Assembly (NCBI GenBank): GCA_002269645.1
Contig: NIVC01000020.1
Location: forward strand, 1,364,001 to 1,428,000
DNA from: Macrostomum lignano
Taxonomy: Eukaryota
Length of the DNA: 64,000 nt
Direction of reading: 5' to 3'
The notes below the pieces were generated by a model. The model did no database searches and was not told the origin of the DNA. It worked only from the letters and a program-made list of their open reading frames with translations. A program made the translations under genes and the position numbers. This document shows positions 22,242 to 44,396 of the stretch, in pieces. Within the stretch, counting starts at the first letter, position 1, and every line of letters begins with the position of its first letter.

Positions 22242-23435
22242 GTTTTGCTTCCTCAGCCTTCTCAATGCTCAATTCTCTCTACTTTGCTTGTTGTAGTTGC
22301 AAATTTTTTATTATTTGATTGGAAATTTCACAGTTCCTCCGAAGTTTGCTAGAAATGTTTTTGCTGATCAAAACCGCTCTGCATCTCTGAGCAAAAAGCT
22401 GCCTTTGCTTTGTACCTCGCCTTAATCACTGCGTCCCCCTGCATTATCATGTTTCATTGTGTCGCATTGTTTCATTGACTTTCAGCTCTCTTGCCAGTCC
22501 TGCACCTCCCACTTTCTAAACGCGGTGCCTCGGTATCTATAAATACGAAGCCACCGCTGCTTAGGACACATTGCGTCTGGTTCAACTGCGTCCCTCATAT
22601 TCCATGTGTTTCTGCCTTGCTGCTTTAGAGACGATCCAACTACAAAGAGAAGGGCAGTGCCACTATCACTACATGCAGACTGTCGGGTCTGCCACTCTGC
22701 CCTATGCTTAGATGCTAGCTAAGCTGATCACAATCCCCTGTTGAGGACTCGTCAATTCACCTGATTTCAGCCGACCTGCGTTCCATGGGCGACCTCTGAA
22801 ATCCTTGAAGGCACAAAATGCACTTGCTAATAAAGTTTTAGCATCCTTTAGCGGTTAAGCTTATCTGATTAACCATCTCTGTGAGAAGTAGTCAGAGACT
22901 TTGCTAGGTGTCCGCATCTCACAGCATGGAATCCTCCGCTTGGGTGCTGCAGGGGGCATTGCGAGGCCTTTGATGGCTTTGACAAGATAGCCTTGCCCTG
23001 AGCCCAATTCGAGTTCATTCCTACGAGCTACGTGGTTCCGCACGGCAGCGAGCGGCATTGGCTCAGGGACTCGTGCGGGACTCGTGCGGGACTCGTGCGG
23101 TATTGTGTAAAAACTGCAGATTTACTCCTAGTGAGCCATTCGTCAGCGGAAGCGAAGTTGCTGGTGCACCAATTCTGCAGCTGACCTGAATTATTAATTT
23201 TTGGCCACTGCCCTTCAAAAATTTTGCACAGCGAATGGAAAAACTTCCTTACAACCCGCTGTTACGCTGCGGCTGCGGCTGTAGTTGCTAAAACAATTGC
23301 AATGCATCTTCTTCTGATTGTAGCAGCCAGTTTGCAGTCGGCTCCTGTGTTCTCTTATTTGAGTGACGGCCTTCTTTGCTCAATCCTGACTCGTGATGAG
23401 ATATAGACTAAAGGGGCGCCCAGGCTTGGGGGATG

Positions 23436-24426
23436 ATCCCGCCTCCCGGATCCCGCATCCCGGATCCCGCATCCCGGATCCCGCATCCCGGATCCCGCAT
23501 CCCGGATCCCGCATCCCGGATCCCGCATCCCGGATCCCGCATCCCGGATCCCGCATCCCGGATCCCGCATCCCGGATCCTGCATCCCGGATCCCGCATCC
23601 CGGATCCCGCATCCCGGATCCCGCATCCCGGATCCCGCATCCCGGATCCCGCATCCCGGATCCCGCATCCCGGATCCCGCATCCCGGATCCCGCATCCCG
23701 GATCCCGCATCCCGGATCCCGCATCCCGGATCCCGCATCCCGGATCCCGCATCCCGGATCCCGCATCCCGGATCCCGCATCCCGGATCCCGCATCCCGGA
23801 TCCCGCATCCCGGATCCCGCATCCCGGATCCCGCATCCCGGATCCCGCATCCCGGATCCCGCATCCCGGATCCCGCATCCCGGATCCCGCATCCCGGATC
23901 CCGCATCCCGGATCCCGCATCCCGGATCCCGCATCCCGGATCCCGCATCCCGGATCCCGCATCCCGGATCCCGCATCCCGGATCCCGCATCCCGGATCCC
24001 GCATCCCGGATCCCGCATCCCGGATCCCGCATCCCGGATCCCGCATCCCGGATCCCGCATCCCGGATCCCGCATCCCGGATCCCGCATCCCGGATCCCGC
24101 ATCCCGGATCCCGCATCCCGGATCCCGCATCCCGGATCCCGCATCCCGGATCCCGCATCCCGGATCCCGCATCCCGGATCCCGCATCCCGGATCCCGCAT
24201 CCCGGATCCCGCATCCCGGATCCCGCATCCCGGATCCCGCATCCCGGATCCCGCATCCCGGATCCCGCATCCCGGATCCCGCATCCCGGATCCCGCATCC
24301 CGGATCCCGCATCCCGGATCCCGCATCCCGGATCCCGCATCCCGGATCCCGCATCCCGGATCCCGCATCCCGGATCCCGCATCCCGGATCCCGCATCCCG
24401 GATCCCGCATCCCGGATCCCGCATCC
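23436..24426. repeat. Near-perfect 14-bp satellite (GGATCCC GCATCCC)n, about 70 copies
   Basis: One visible variant near 23580; a short orphan copy at 24693-24745. Confidence 0.98.
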
Positions 24427-24649
24427 AAGGAACACACCAGACTTGACAATATTTGTGTGCTTTCCTATTTCCCTAGGCTGTAGTACATTTCCTCCTAGAA
24501 GAAGTCTCCAATGCAACAGTTAAGTATTCATGCAATGCGCTCATCTGTTGGCTCCGGCAAGATGCGGGAGACTCCGTTTCACCTCTCACTGCCGTGCAGC
24601 AGCAACAGGGGGCAGAGACCGATTGTTAAGATAATAGAAATAATGCTAA

Positions 24650-25108
24650 TTAAGGCCCAAGCCAAAGGAATTTATTTGCTGTCTTGTCTTGTCCCGGATC
24701 CCGCATCCCGGATCCCGCATGCCGGATCCCGAATCCGGGAATCCCGCGTCCTTGAGTCCTTGAGTAGTCGATGAGTGAGCAGTCGCAGCAGCCGCTTCGC
24801 CCCATCAGCAGCGCGGCGCACCAGCCAAGGAAGCTGCATCGCATGGCGCATTCTGCGAAGCTGCCAACCTCCGTGCTGGAGTTGACGGCTGCAGTTGAGG
24901 TGCCCGGAGCGCAGGTGGCGGATCGGCGCAGCTGCAGTTGGGTGTCAGCGGCCAGTGCGGCTCCGGCAGTGACAGCCAGGAGCAGCAGCTGGCAGTTTGC
25001 TTCCCTCCGGCATGCTGGCCTTTCCGCTGTCCCAGCGAGGGCCGCGGAGCTTCCGGATTGCTTTTTTGTATCAGCAATCGCTGCGATCTGACTGGCTGCC
25101 AGGGACAT
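24650..25108 (-). CDS. PAN/apple-like small secreted-type ORF or orphan exon, paralog of the lectin N-terminal exon
   Basis: Hydrophobic LLLLAVTAGAALAA followed by ATCAPG...SFAECAMRCSFLGWCAALLMGRSGCCDCSLI. It shares ATCAPG and WCAAxLxGR with 21534-21593. The 3' end runs into 14-mer repeat sequence and no donor was found. Confidence 0.45.
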   Translation of the reverse strand: MSLAASQIAAIADTKKQSGSSAALAGTAERPACRREANCQLLLLAVTAGAALAADTQLQLRRSATCAPGTSTAAVNSSTEVGSFAECAMRCSFLGWCAALLMGRSGCCDCSLIDYSRTQGRGIPGFGIRHAGSGMRDPGQDKTANKFLWLGP

Positions 25109-25339
25109 CCTTGCCAAATTAATAGTCAACCTGCACTACTTGTATTCAGTAGCAACATGCGGTCATTGAATCCATCTGAGTGACGCGCAGTTGGGTGTGA
25201 AACGAACTTTTGGTACAGCCTATTTTTTCAATTGAGAGCATCTGCGTCTGCGCCATCAGCCGTGACTTCTGAATTTTGATTTCAACTGGTCCTAACCACT
25301 GAGCTGGGGCCTTACCTGCGGCCTCGCACGTTCGAATTT

Positions 25340-25780
25340 CTGTCTTCTTGTGTCTTCTTGTCTCTTGTTGTGTCTTTTTGTGTCTTCGTATGTCTTATTG
25401 TGTCTTCTTCTTTTATCTTGTGTCTTCTTGTGCCTTCTTGTGTCTTCTTGTCTTCTTGTGTCTTCTTGTCTCTTGTTGTGTCTTTTTGTGTCTTCGTATG
25501 TCTTATTGTGTCTCTTTGTGCCTTTTTGTGCCTTCTTGTGTCTTCTTGTACCATTTTGTGTCTTCTTGTACCTTCTTGTGTCTTCTTGTCTTCTTGTGTC
25601 TTCTTGTCTCTTGTTGTGTCTTTTTGTGTCTCTTTGTGCCTTTTTGTGCCTTCTTGTGTCTTCTCGTGTATTCTTGTGTCTCTTTGTGTCTCTTTGTGCC
25701 TTCTTGTGTCTTCTTGTCTTTTTGTGTCTTCTTGTGTCTCTTTGTACCTACTTGTGTTTTTATGTCTTCTTGCGTCTTCG
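25340..25780. repeat. Degenerate TGTCTTCTTG-type low-complexity repeat
   Basis: Pyrimidine-rich imperfect tandem repeat. Confidence 0.9.
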
Positions 25781-26025
25781 TGTGTTCAGTTTAGTTTAGT
25801 TAATTTCAGTTTAGTTCAGTTTAGCTCAGCCAGCTTCTGGCACAGCAAGCAATGAGCCAATCAAATTGCTGGTGACCACAGTCGCAGTTGGCATTGGGTA
25901 GAGTTAATTCAATGAGAGTTCTATCCGTCCTTTGGGATAATAAACTACGCAATAAAACTCCAACAGAAGCCTTCTGTAAGGGTCAGAGTTGCACTGAATG
26001 ATATACCAGCTATTAAGCAGAAGCC

Positions 26026-27425
26026 ATGCCAGCTAAGAAACATCTGAGCACTGAAGTGGCAGCAGCCATACTGTTCTTCGCCATTTTCTTCGGAGGACAG
26101 ACTGAAGGTGAGCTCATGCGAAGGGCTGGAGCAGCGGTAGGGAACAGCGGGAGGGAACAGTGGGAGGGAACAGCGGGAGGGAACAGCGGGAGGGAACAGC
26201 GGGAGGGAACAGCGGGAGGGAACAGCGGGAGGAACAGCGGGAGGGAACAGCGGGAGGGAACAGCGGGAGGGAACAGCGGGAGGGAACAGCGGGAGGGAAC
26301 AGCGGGAGGGAACAGCGGGAGGGAACAGCGGGAGGGAACAGCGGGAGGGAACAGCGGGAGGGAACAGCAGGGAAAGCAGATGCAACAGCAAAAAGCAGAT
26401 AGAAACAGCCATGCATGAAAGCCGAAAGCAATTTTAGCACCGAGAAGCTGCCTTAACTTGTAGCAGAAATTTTTCTAATTACTGAACTTTCATCTGTTTT
26501 AATGCATTTATTTGGTCTGAGCCGTGTCCAGAAATGATGGCATGCAATTTTCGCGATCGACCCTCGTCTCGGGCCAAATAGTTTTAGAGTTTCCATCAAG
26601 TTCACGGTGTCCTTGTCACTGGGCAGGCAGGAATTTCAGCCTCTGTAATTAAACCAAACACACTCGCCTCTTCATCTTTTGCAAGAGGTGTTTTGATGGC
26701 AGCATCCCGCAGATCGTTCAGGTCTTCTGCCCCAGGCTCTGTTTCTAGGGCTCCTTCGATTAGCTGAGCCAAACTGCAGCCATTAAAACCGTCTCCGCGC
26801 ATATCCCTACCGCACTACTAGTTTGTCAGTAGAAATGTCAGTAGAATTGTCAGTATAAGTGTCAGTATAAATGTCAGTGGAAGTGTCAGTAGAAGTGTCA
26901 GTAGACATGTCAGTAGAAATGTCAGTAGAAATGTCAGTAGACATATCAGTAGAAATGTCAGTAGAAATGTCAGTGGAAATGTCAGTAGAAATGTCAGTAG
27001 GAATGTCAGTAGACATGTCAGTAGAAATTTCAGTAGACATGTCAGTAGAAATGTCAGTAGAAATGTCAGTAGAAATGCCCGTAGAAATGTCAGTAGAAGT
27101 GTCAGCAGAGATGCCCGAACTCGTCCCGCAGTGGCCGCTGTGCAGTCCCTGCTGGTGTGCGAGAGGTCAGCGGCTGAGCTGAGCTGCCCGGCGGGCGCCA
27201 TCCAGACGGAGTTCGCCATGTACGGCAAGTCGGACGAGTTCAGCACGGCCTGCACCAGGACAACCGGCAGCCTGAACAACTGCTGGAGCCCGAACTCCCT
27301 GAGTTTCGTGCGGGCGCAGTGCGACGCTCGGCAGAGCTGCAGCTTCGTGGCCAGCAACGACAACTTCGGCGGCGACCCGTGCCCTGGCAACTACAAGTAC
27401 CTGTTCGCCAACTACACCTGCCAAG
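26026..27425 (+). CDS. Secreted SUEL/rhamnose-binding-lectin (Gal_lectin) domain protein
   Basis: Signal-peptide exon 26026-26107 (phase-1 donor gtgagc) joins symmetrical phase 1-1 exon 27132-27425 with the SUEL cysteine pattern CE...LSC...A.YG...C...C...C...C...F.DPCPGNYKYL...YTC. A possible terminal exon at 29725-29828 is phase-compatible but has no recognisable homology. Confidence 0.85.
26140..26370. repeat. 13-bp minisatellite ACAGCGGGAGGGA
   Basis: SUEL-gene intron 1. Confidence 0.95.
26827..27105. repeat. 12-bp minisatellite GTCAGTAGAAAT
   Basis: SUEL-gene intron 1, close to the acceptor. Confidence 0.95.
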
Positions 27426-27521
27426 GTGAGGCAGCAGCTTGATTGATTGACGAATGCTCTTCGAATTCCTCATTTCCTCATTCGAATATTAAATACCTTA
27501 TTTTTAATTCGAGCATATTCC

Positions 27522-29665
27522 TTAGCTTGACAATGACTGTCACTCATCACCTCAGCTTGACAATGACTGTCACTCATCACCTCAGCTTGACAATGACTGT
27601 CCCTCATCACCTCAGCTTGACAATGACTGTCCCTCATCACCTCAGCTTGACAATGACTGTCCCTCATCACCTCAGCTTGACAATGACTGTCACTCATCAC
27701 CTCAGCTTGACAATGACTGTCACTCATCACCTCAGCTTGACAATGACTGTCACCCATCACCTCAGCTTGACAATGACTGTCACTCATCACCTCAGCTTGA
27801 CAATGACTGTCACTCATCACCTCAGCTTGACAATGACTGTCACTCATCACCTCAGCGTGACAATGACTGTCACTCATCACCTCAGCGTGACAATGACTGT
27901 CACTCATCACCTCAGTTTGACAATGACTGTCACTCATCACCTCAGCTTGACAATGACTGTCACTCATCACCATCACCTCAGCTTGACAATGACTGTCACT
28001 CGTCACCTTAGCTTGACAATGACTGTCACTCATCACCTCAGCTTGACAATGACTGTCACTCGTCACCTTAGCTTGACAATGACTGTCACTCATCACCTCA
28101 GCGTGACATTGACTGTCACTCATCACCTCAGCGTGACAATGACTGTCACTCATCACCTCAGTTTGACAATGACTGTCACCCATCACCTCAGCTTGACAAT
28201 GACTGTCACTCATCACCTCAGCCTGACAATGACTGTCACTCATCACCTCAGCTTGACAATGACTGTCACCCATCACCTCAGCTTGACAATGACTGTCACT
28301 CATCACCTCAGCTTGTCACCCATCACCTCAGCTTGTCACCCATCACCTCAGCTTGACAATGACTGTCACTCATCACCTCAGCTTGACAATGACTGTCACC
28401 CATCACCTCAGCTTGACAATGACTGTCACTCATCACCTCAGCTTGTCACCCATCACCTCAGCTTGTCACCCATCACCTCAGCTTGACAATGACTGTCACT
28501 CATCACCTCAGCTTGACAATGACTGTCACTCATCACCTCAGCTTGACAATGACTGTCACTCATCACCTCAGCTTGACAATGACTGTCACCCATCACCTCA
28601 GCTTGACAATGACTGTCACTCATCACCTCAGCTTGACAATGACTGTCACCCATCACCTCAGCTTGACAATGACTGTCACTCATCACCTCAGCTTGACAAT
28701 GACTGTCACTCATCACCTCAGCTTGACAATGACTGTCACTCATCACCTCAGCTTGACAATGACTGTCACTCATCACCTCAGCCTGACAATAACTGTCACC
28801 CATCACCTCAGCCTGACAATAACTGTCACCCATCACCTCAGCTTGACAATGACTGTCACTCATCACCTCAGCTTCACAATGACTGTCACTCATCACCTCA
28901 GCTTGACAATGACTGTCACCCATCACCTCAGCTTGACAATGACTGTCACCCATCACCTCAGCTTGACAATGACTGTCACTCATCACCTCAGCTTGACAAT
29001 GACTGTCACTCATCACCTCAGCGTGACAATAACTGTCACCCATCACCTCAGCTTGACAATGACTGTCACTCATCACCTCAGCTTGACAATGACTGTCACT
29101 CATCACCTCAGCTTGTCACCCATCACCTCAGCTTGACAATGACTGTCACTCATCACCTCAGCTTGACAATGACTGTCACTCATCACCTCAGCTTGTCACC
29201 CATCACCTCAGCTTGTCACCCATCACCTCAGCTTGTCACCCATCACCTCAGCTTGACAATGACTGTCACCCATCACCTCAGCTTGACAATGACTGTCACT
29301 CATCACCTCAGCTTCACAATGACTGTCACCCATCACCTCAGCTTGACAATGACTGTCACTCATCACCTCAGCTTGACAATGACTGTCACCCATCACCTCA
29401 GCTTGACAATGACTGTCACCCATCACCTCAGCTTGACAATGACTGTCACTCATCACCTCAGCTTGACAATGACTGTCACTCATCACCTCAGCTTGACAAT
29501 GACTGTCACTCATCACCTCAGCTTGACAATGACTGTCACTCATCACCTCAGCTTGACAATGACTGTCACTCATCACCTCAGCTTGACAATGACTGTCACT
29601 CATCACCTCAGCTTGACAATGACTGTCACTCATCACCTCAGCTTGACAATGACTGTCACTCATCA
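27522..29665. repeat. 30-bp minisatellite CTCAGCTTGACAATGACTGTCACTCATCAC with 20-bp deletion variants
   Basis: 2.1-kb array downstream of the SUEL exon. Confidence 0.97.
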
Positions 29666-30268
29666 ACATGAGAAGGGGTTCATCTATATTAGTGGATAAT
29701 TATCATTCTCACGATAATTCTCAGTACAGAAATCGACCTGCCCAGCTCAGGTAACAAACAGATCCCTAACGACTTTCTCGATCAGGTCTGAGTTCGGCAG
29801 AGAGGTGGGGCTGAAATGCATCCCCTAAAGAAAGGGTAAAATATCCCCGAGCCGCTGAATTTTGAATGACAGCTCAGGATCGAAAACAGCAGGCTCAGCC
29901 TTATGCTTCCCGCGGCAGCGCCGGAGGGCGGGAGAGACACAAACAAGACGGCCGCGGCTGCGGGAAGACAGCACGGGAAGACTCGAGAGTACGGGAAAAG
30001 CGCGCTAAAACTCCAGGCAAAGAAGAGGGTGGGACAACTTCCCTCAGCCGATATCTTGCTGCTTCTTCTCCCCCGTCTCTACTGCGGAACTCGTCTCCGG
30101 CGCGCCTCCCCGCTGGCAGCCAATGGGGGGCTGAGCAGGGAGGCTCAAAAACAGCCAGCAACTGGCCGGGCCGGCCACTGCCTGCCTCCGGCTCGCTAAT
30201 TGCGGCGGCGGAAGAAGATAAGCAAGAATTGATTGAGGCCGTGCGAACTGCTAATTTGGACCGACGCC

Positions 30269-41771
<11,503 letters not shown>

Positions 41772-44396
41772 CGCAACCTGCCCGCACAACGCCAGCCAGA
41801 GCTCAGGCCGCTGCCATGGAGAACTGGCTATTTGCTATTTGCTATTTAAATTCGACCCTGTAATAACTAATGTCCGAATTCAGCAGATCGTCAGCTTGAT
41901 CATTACTCCAGAAGCACTGCCAAAACCAGTTTTGATAATCACGGAGATTCTAAGTAGAACTGGAACTGCTTCTCCTAAATGTGCCGAGTTGATCAGCGCA
42001 ATGCAATGGTCCACTCTTGAAGGCACCGCATGCAACCTTGCATTGGCAAACAGGGACCGGAGCTCTGCAGAGTTGTGCCTGCATGCGGTTTTGGTCTGCA
42101 CTTTGCCTGTGGGTCCACGCCACCAGGTCCATTGAGCTCGCACTGTTTGCAAAGCTTTGCACAGAATTCCAGCTTAGAAGTCTTGGAATGAAAGCCAAGT
42201 AAAACCTTTTCAGAGCCAGATTTCAGCGCATTACCAGACTCGCTCCGCACAGCACTTATGTCCCTGCTCTCACGCCACCGCTGCAGACTCAGTGCAGACT
42301 GTGCCGGTAAGAGAATTGTTAATAGTTCAGAGGACGGACTTGATATCCACGCGTTTCAGTCACGGTTGCCACGATCTCGTAACCATAGGGTCGTCGAGAA
42401 ATGCTGCACCCACAGGAATTAACAAAGAAAATTTCTTGTGCGTGCACTTTTACTTTTATGGCAATATTTCTCACCAACGACAGCCCCCTTAGCATCAAGA
42501 GCTCTGAAATATTAATAGTTAAAGTGCACGTACAAAAGAACATTCATCTGTTGATTCCCTTGTTGGTGCAGCATTTCTCTATACTGCATACTCGACCAGT
42601 TTTTTAATTTATTGCTTTTTTAAAGCGAACTTACCCAAACTAAATAAATAATTAACTTCCCATATTTTGCACCTGTGTGTACTTTGGCGATGGACTGCGC
42701 GGCAGCAAAAATAAAATAATCTGCAACCGAGGCCCCCCTGCTCTCTGTCTCCTTTTAGGCTACACCTACCACTGGCTGTCCATTCCGATTAAAAAAAAAA
42801 ACTCAAACAAGAAAATTTGTTTTAAGAGTCAGATAAACGGATTTGTCTTTGCTTTAATTTCTTTGAAACCCAAGAGAAAATCTCAGGAGAGCAGGTTGCC
42901 CAGGGGAGGGACAGCCGGGCCTGTTGCTACTCGACTACCCTCTCGAATACCCTCTCGAGCTGTCTGTCCTTCACAACCCCGGCCCGCCTCTCTTCTGTAG
43001 CGCTGCCTCTGTCTCGCGCGGCCCCAGCCGGATGCACAGGATTCGGGAGCAGCCCTCGGGCCACGCGGCCGCTACCTCCGGTGCAACTTACCGCTGCTGC
43101 CCCCCCCTGCCCTCGGATGCCCGCCGTTCAGCAGCTGCTCTGCAGCCGGGAGAGAAGCTCAAACTGGGAGGGAGGTGCCTGGGCGGAACGGCCAGTCTAA
43201 AAGGATTAATAAAACACAAATCTGCTGCCGAGCCACGATCGCAGCAGAGTGAGCAGTTTGCTGGGAAGGCAGTGGAGGGGTCAGGGGGGGGGCAGTCGAG
43301 AACGCGGAAGCCGCCCGCTTCCCCTTCCTTCTCAACTGCGAAAGCTGAGGAAGCGGGGATGAGATTCCCCCTTCCGCTGCGGAATCGTGAGAATTTCCGC
43401 CTGCTGCCGCTTCGATTGCCATGCAATTTTCTTCCACCAGCTGCGCTATCCATACTACTTGTCAGTAGGCTGCATTAATGATGTAGCCGTGCTTTTATTT
43501 GACTTTGCCCACTCAGTAGCCGAGCAGACCGACTTCATGGACAGCTGAAGTAGAAGGCCCTGCACAGAATTTTCTTAGAAACGCATAGCGCTAAAAGCGG
43601 TTTCACCATAGACAAATTCTGTCAATTGCTATCGATATAAAGTTCCATTTGCAAAGTTTCCATTTTCACCAGAACGCAGTTGTTTGGTTAATAGATAACA
43701 TGATGACTAACGTAACAATATCGTAACTACACGGGCCTCGGGCCTGTTCTGAGCCCAAACCTGTGTTGCATAAAAATTACTCTGACTAAAGCACAGCTAA
43801 TTCGGTAGATTAGTGGCTAACTCTAACTCGACTGGGGTGTCTGTCGGTCTGCAAGAGAGTCTCCAATTTCTGCCTGAAGAAGTGTTTGGACCAACCTCTT
43901 AGCCATGTTCTTGAATGTAGCTGGGTGGCTCTGGGCTGCGGCCCGCGCACTTCACCGGATAAGACCGAGCATCGCGAGTGCAATTGCGAGCTGAAAACAG
44001 TTTGAGTCAGGCTGCACTTCCTGCTCTCCGCGAGACCTCTTCCTAACCCGCCCACCGATGCCGCCCCAGCCTCCCAGTGGCCTGCGCCATCGCTTGATTG
44101 TTTGCCAACCCCAACTGCGCGCTCATGAATTCGAGTGCACTACGCAACACACTGCCGCCCCCTCGCGCTGAGGTAGGTTTCTGTTCGAGCCAACACTGCT
44201 TTCTTGTCTCTCAGGCCTGGCATGTTTTCTCCGTTCCTCTCGCTGTTCCCCCATCGCTTTTTTTCTATTCTTACCGCCATTGGCCAGCTCGCCTACGACC
44301 TTACAGAGGTCTGCGGAATGACTTTTAAGGTCGCTCGTTCCCCTCGGCGAGAGCGCCAGTGAAGCTCCCGACCTGCCAAAGAACCGGACAGGCAAA

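Noticed and set aside
23355-24523. Long ORFs (337-378 aa) of [14 protein letters not shown] / [14 protein letters not shown] repeats
   Set aside because: Translations of a stop-free 14-bp satellite, open in multiple frames on both strands; no coding signal.
26602-26802. 66-aa protein-like minus-strand ORF in the SUEL intron (also 22861-23058)
   Set aside because: Short, no family recognised, no splice support; at most a TE remnant.
27443-29699. Long His/Thr-rich ORFs (MTVTHHLSLT repeats)
   Set aside because: Translations of the 30-bp intronic or intergenic minisatellite.
41880-42250. Cys-rich short minus-strand ORFs downstream of the synaptotagmin-like gene
   Set aside because: Spread over three frames with no recognisable motif or consistent splice sites; cannot be supported.
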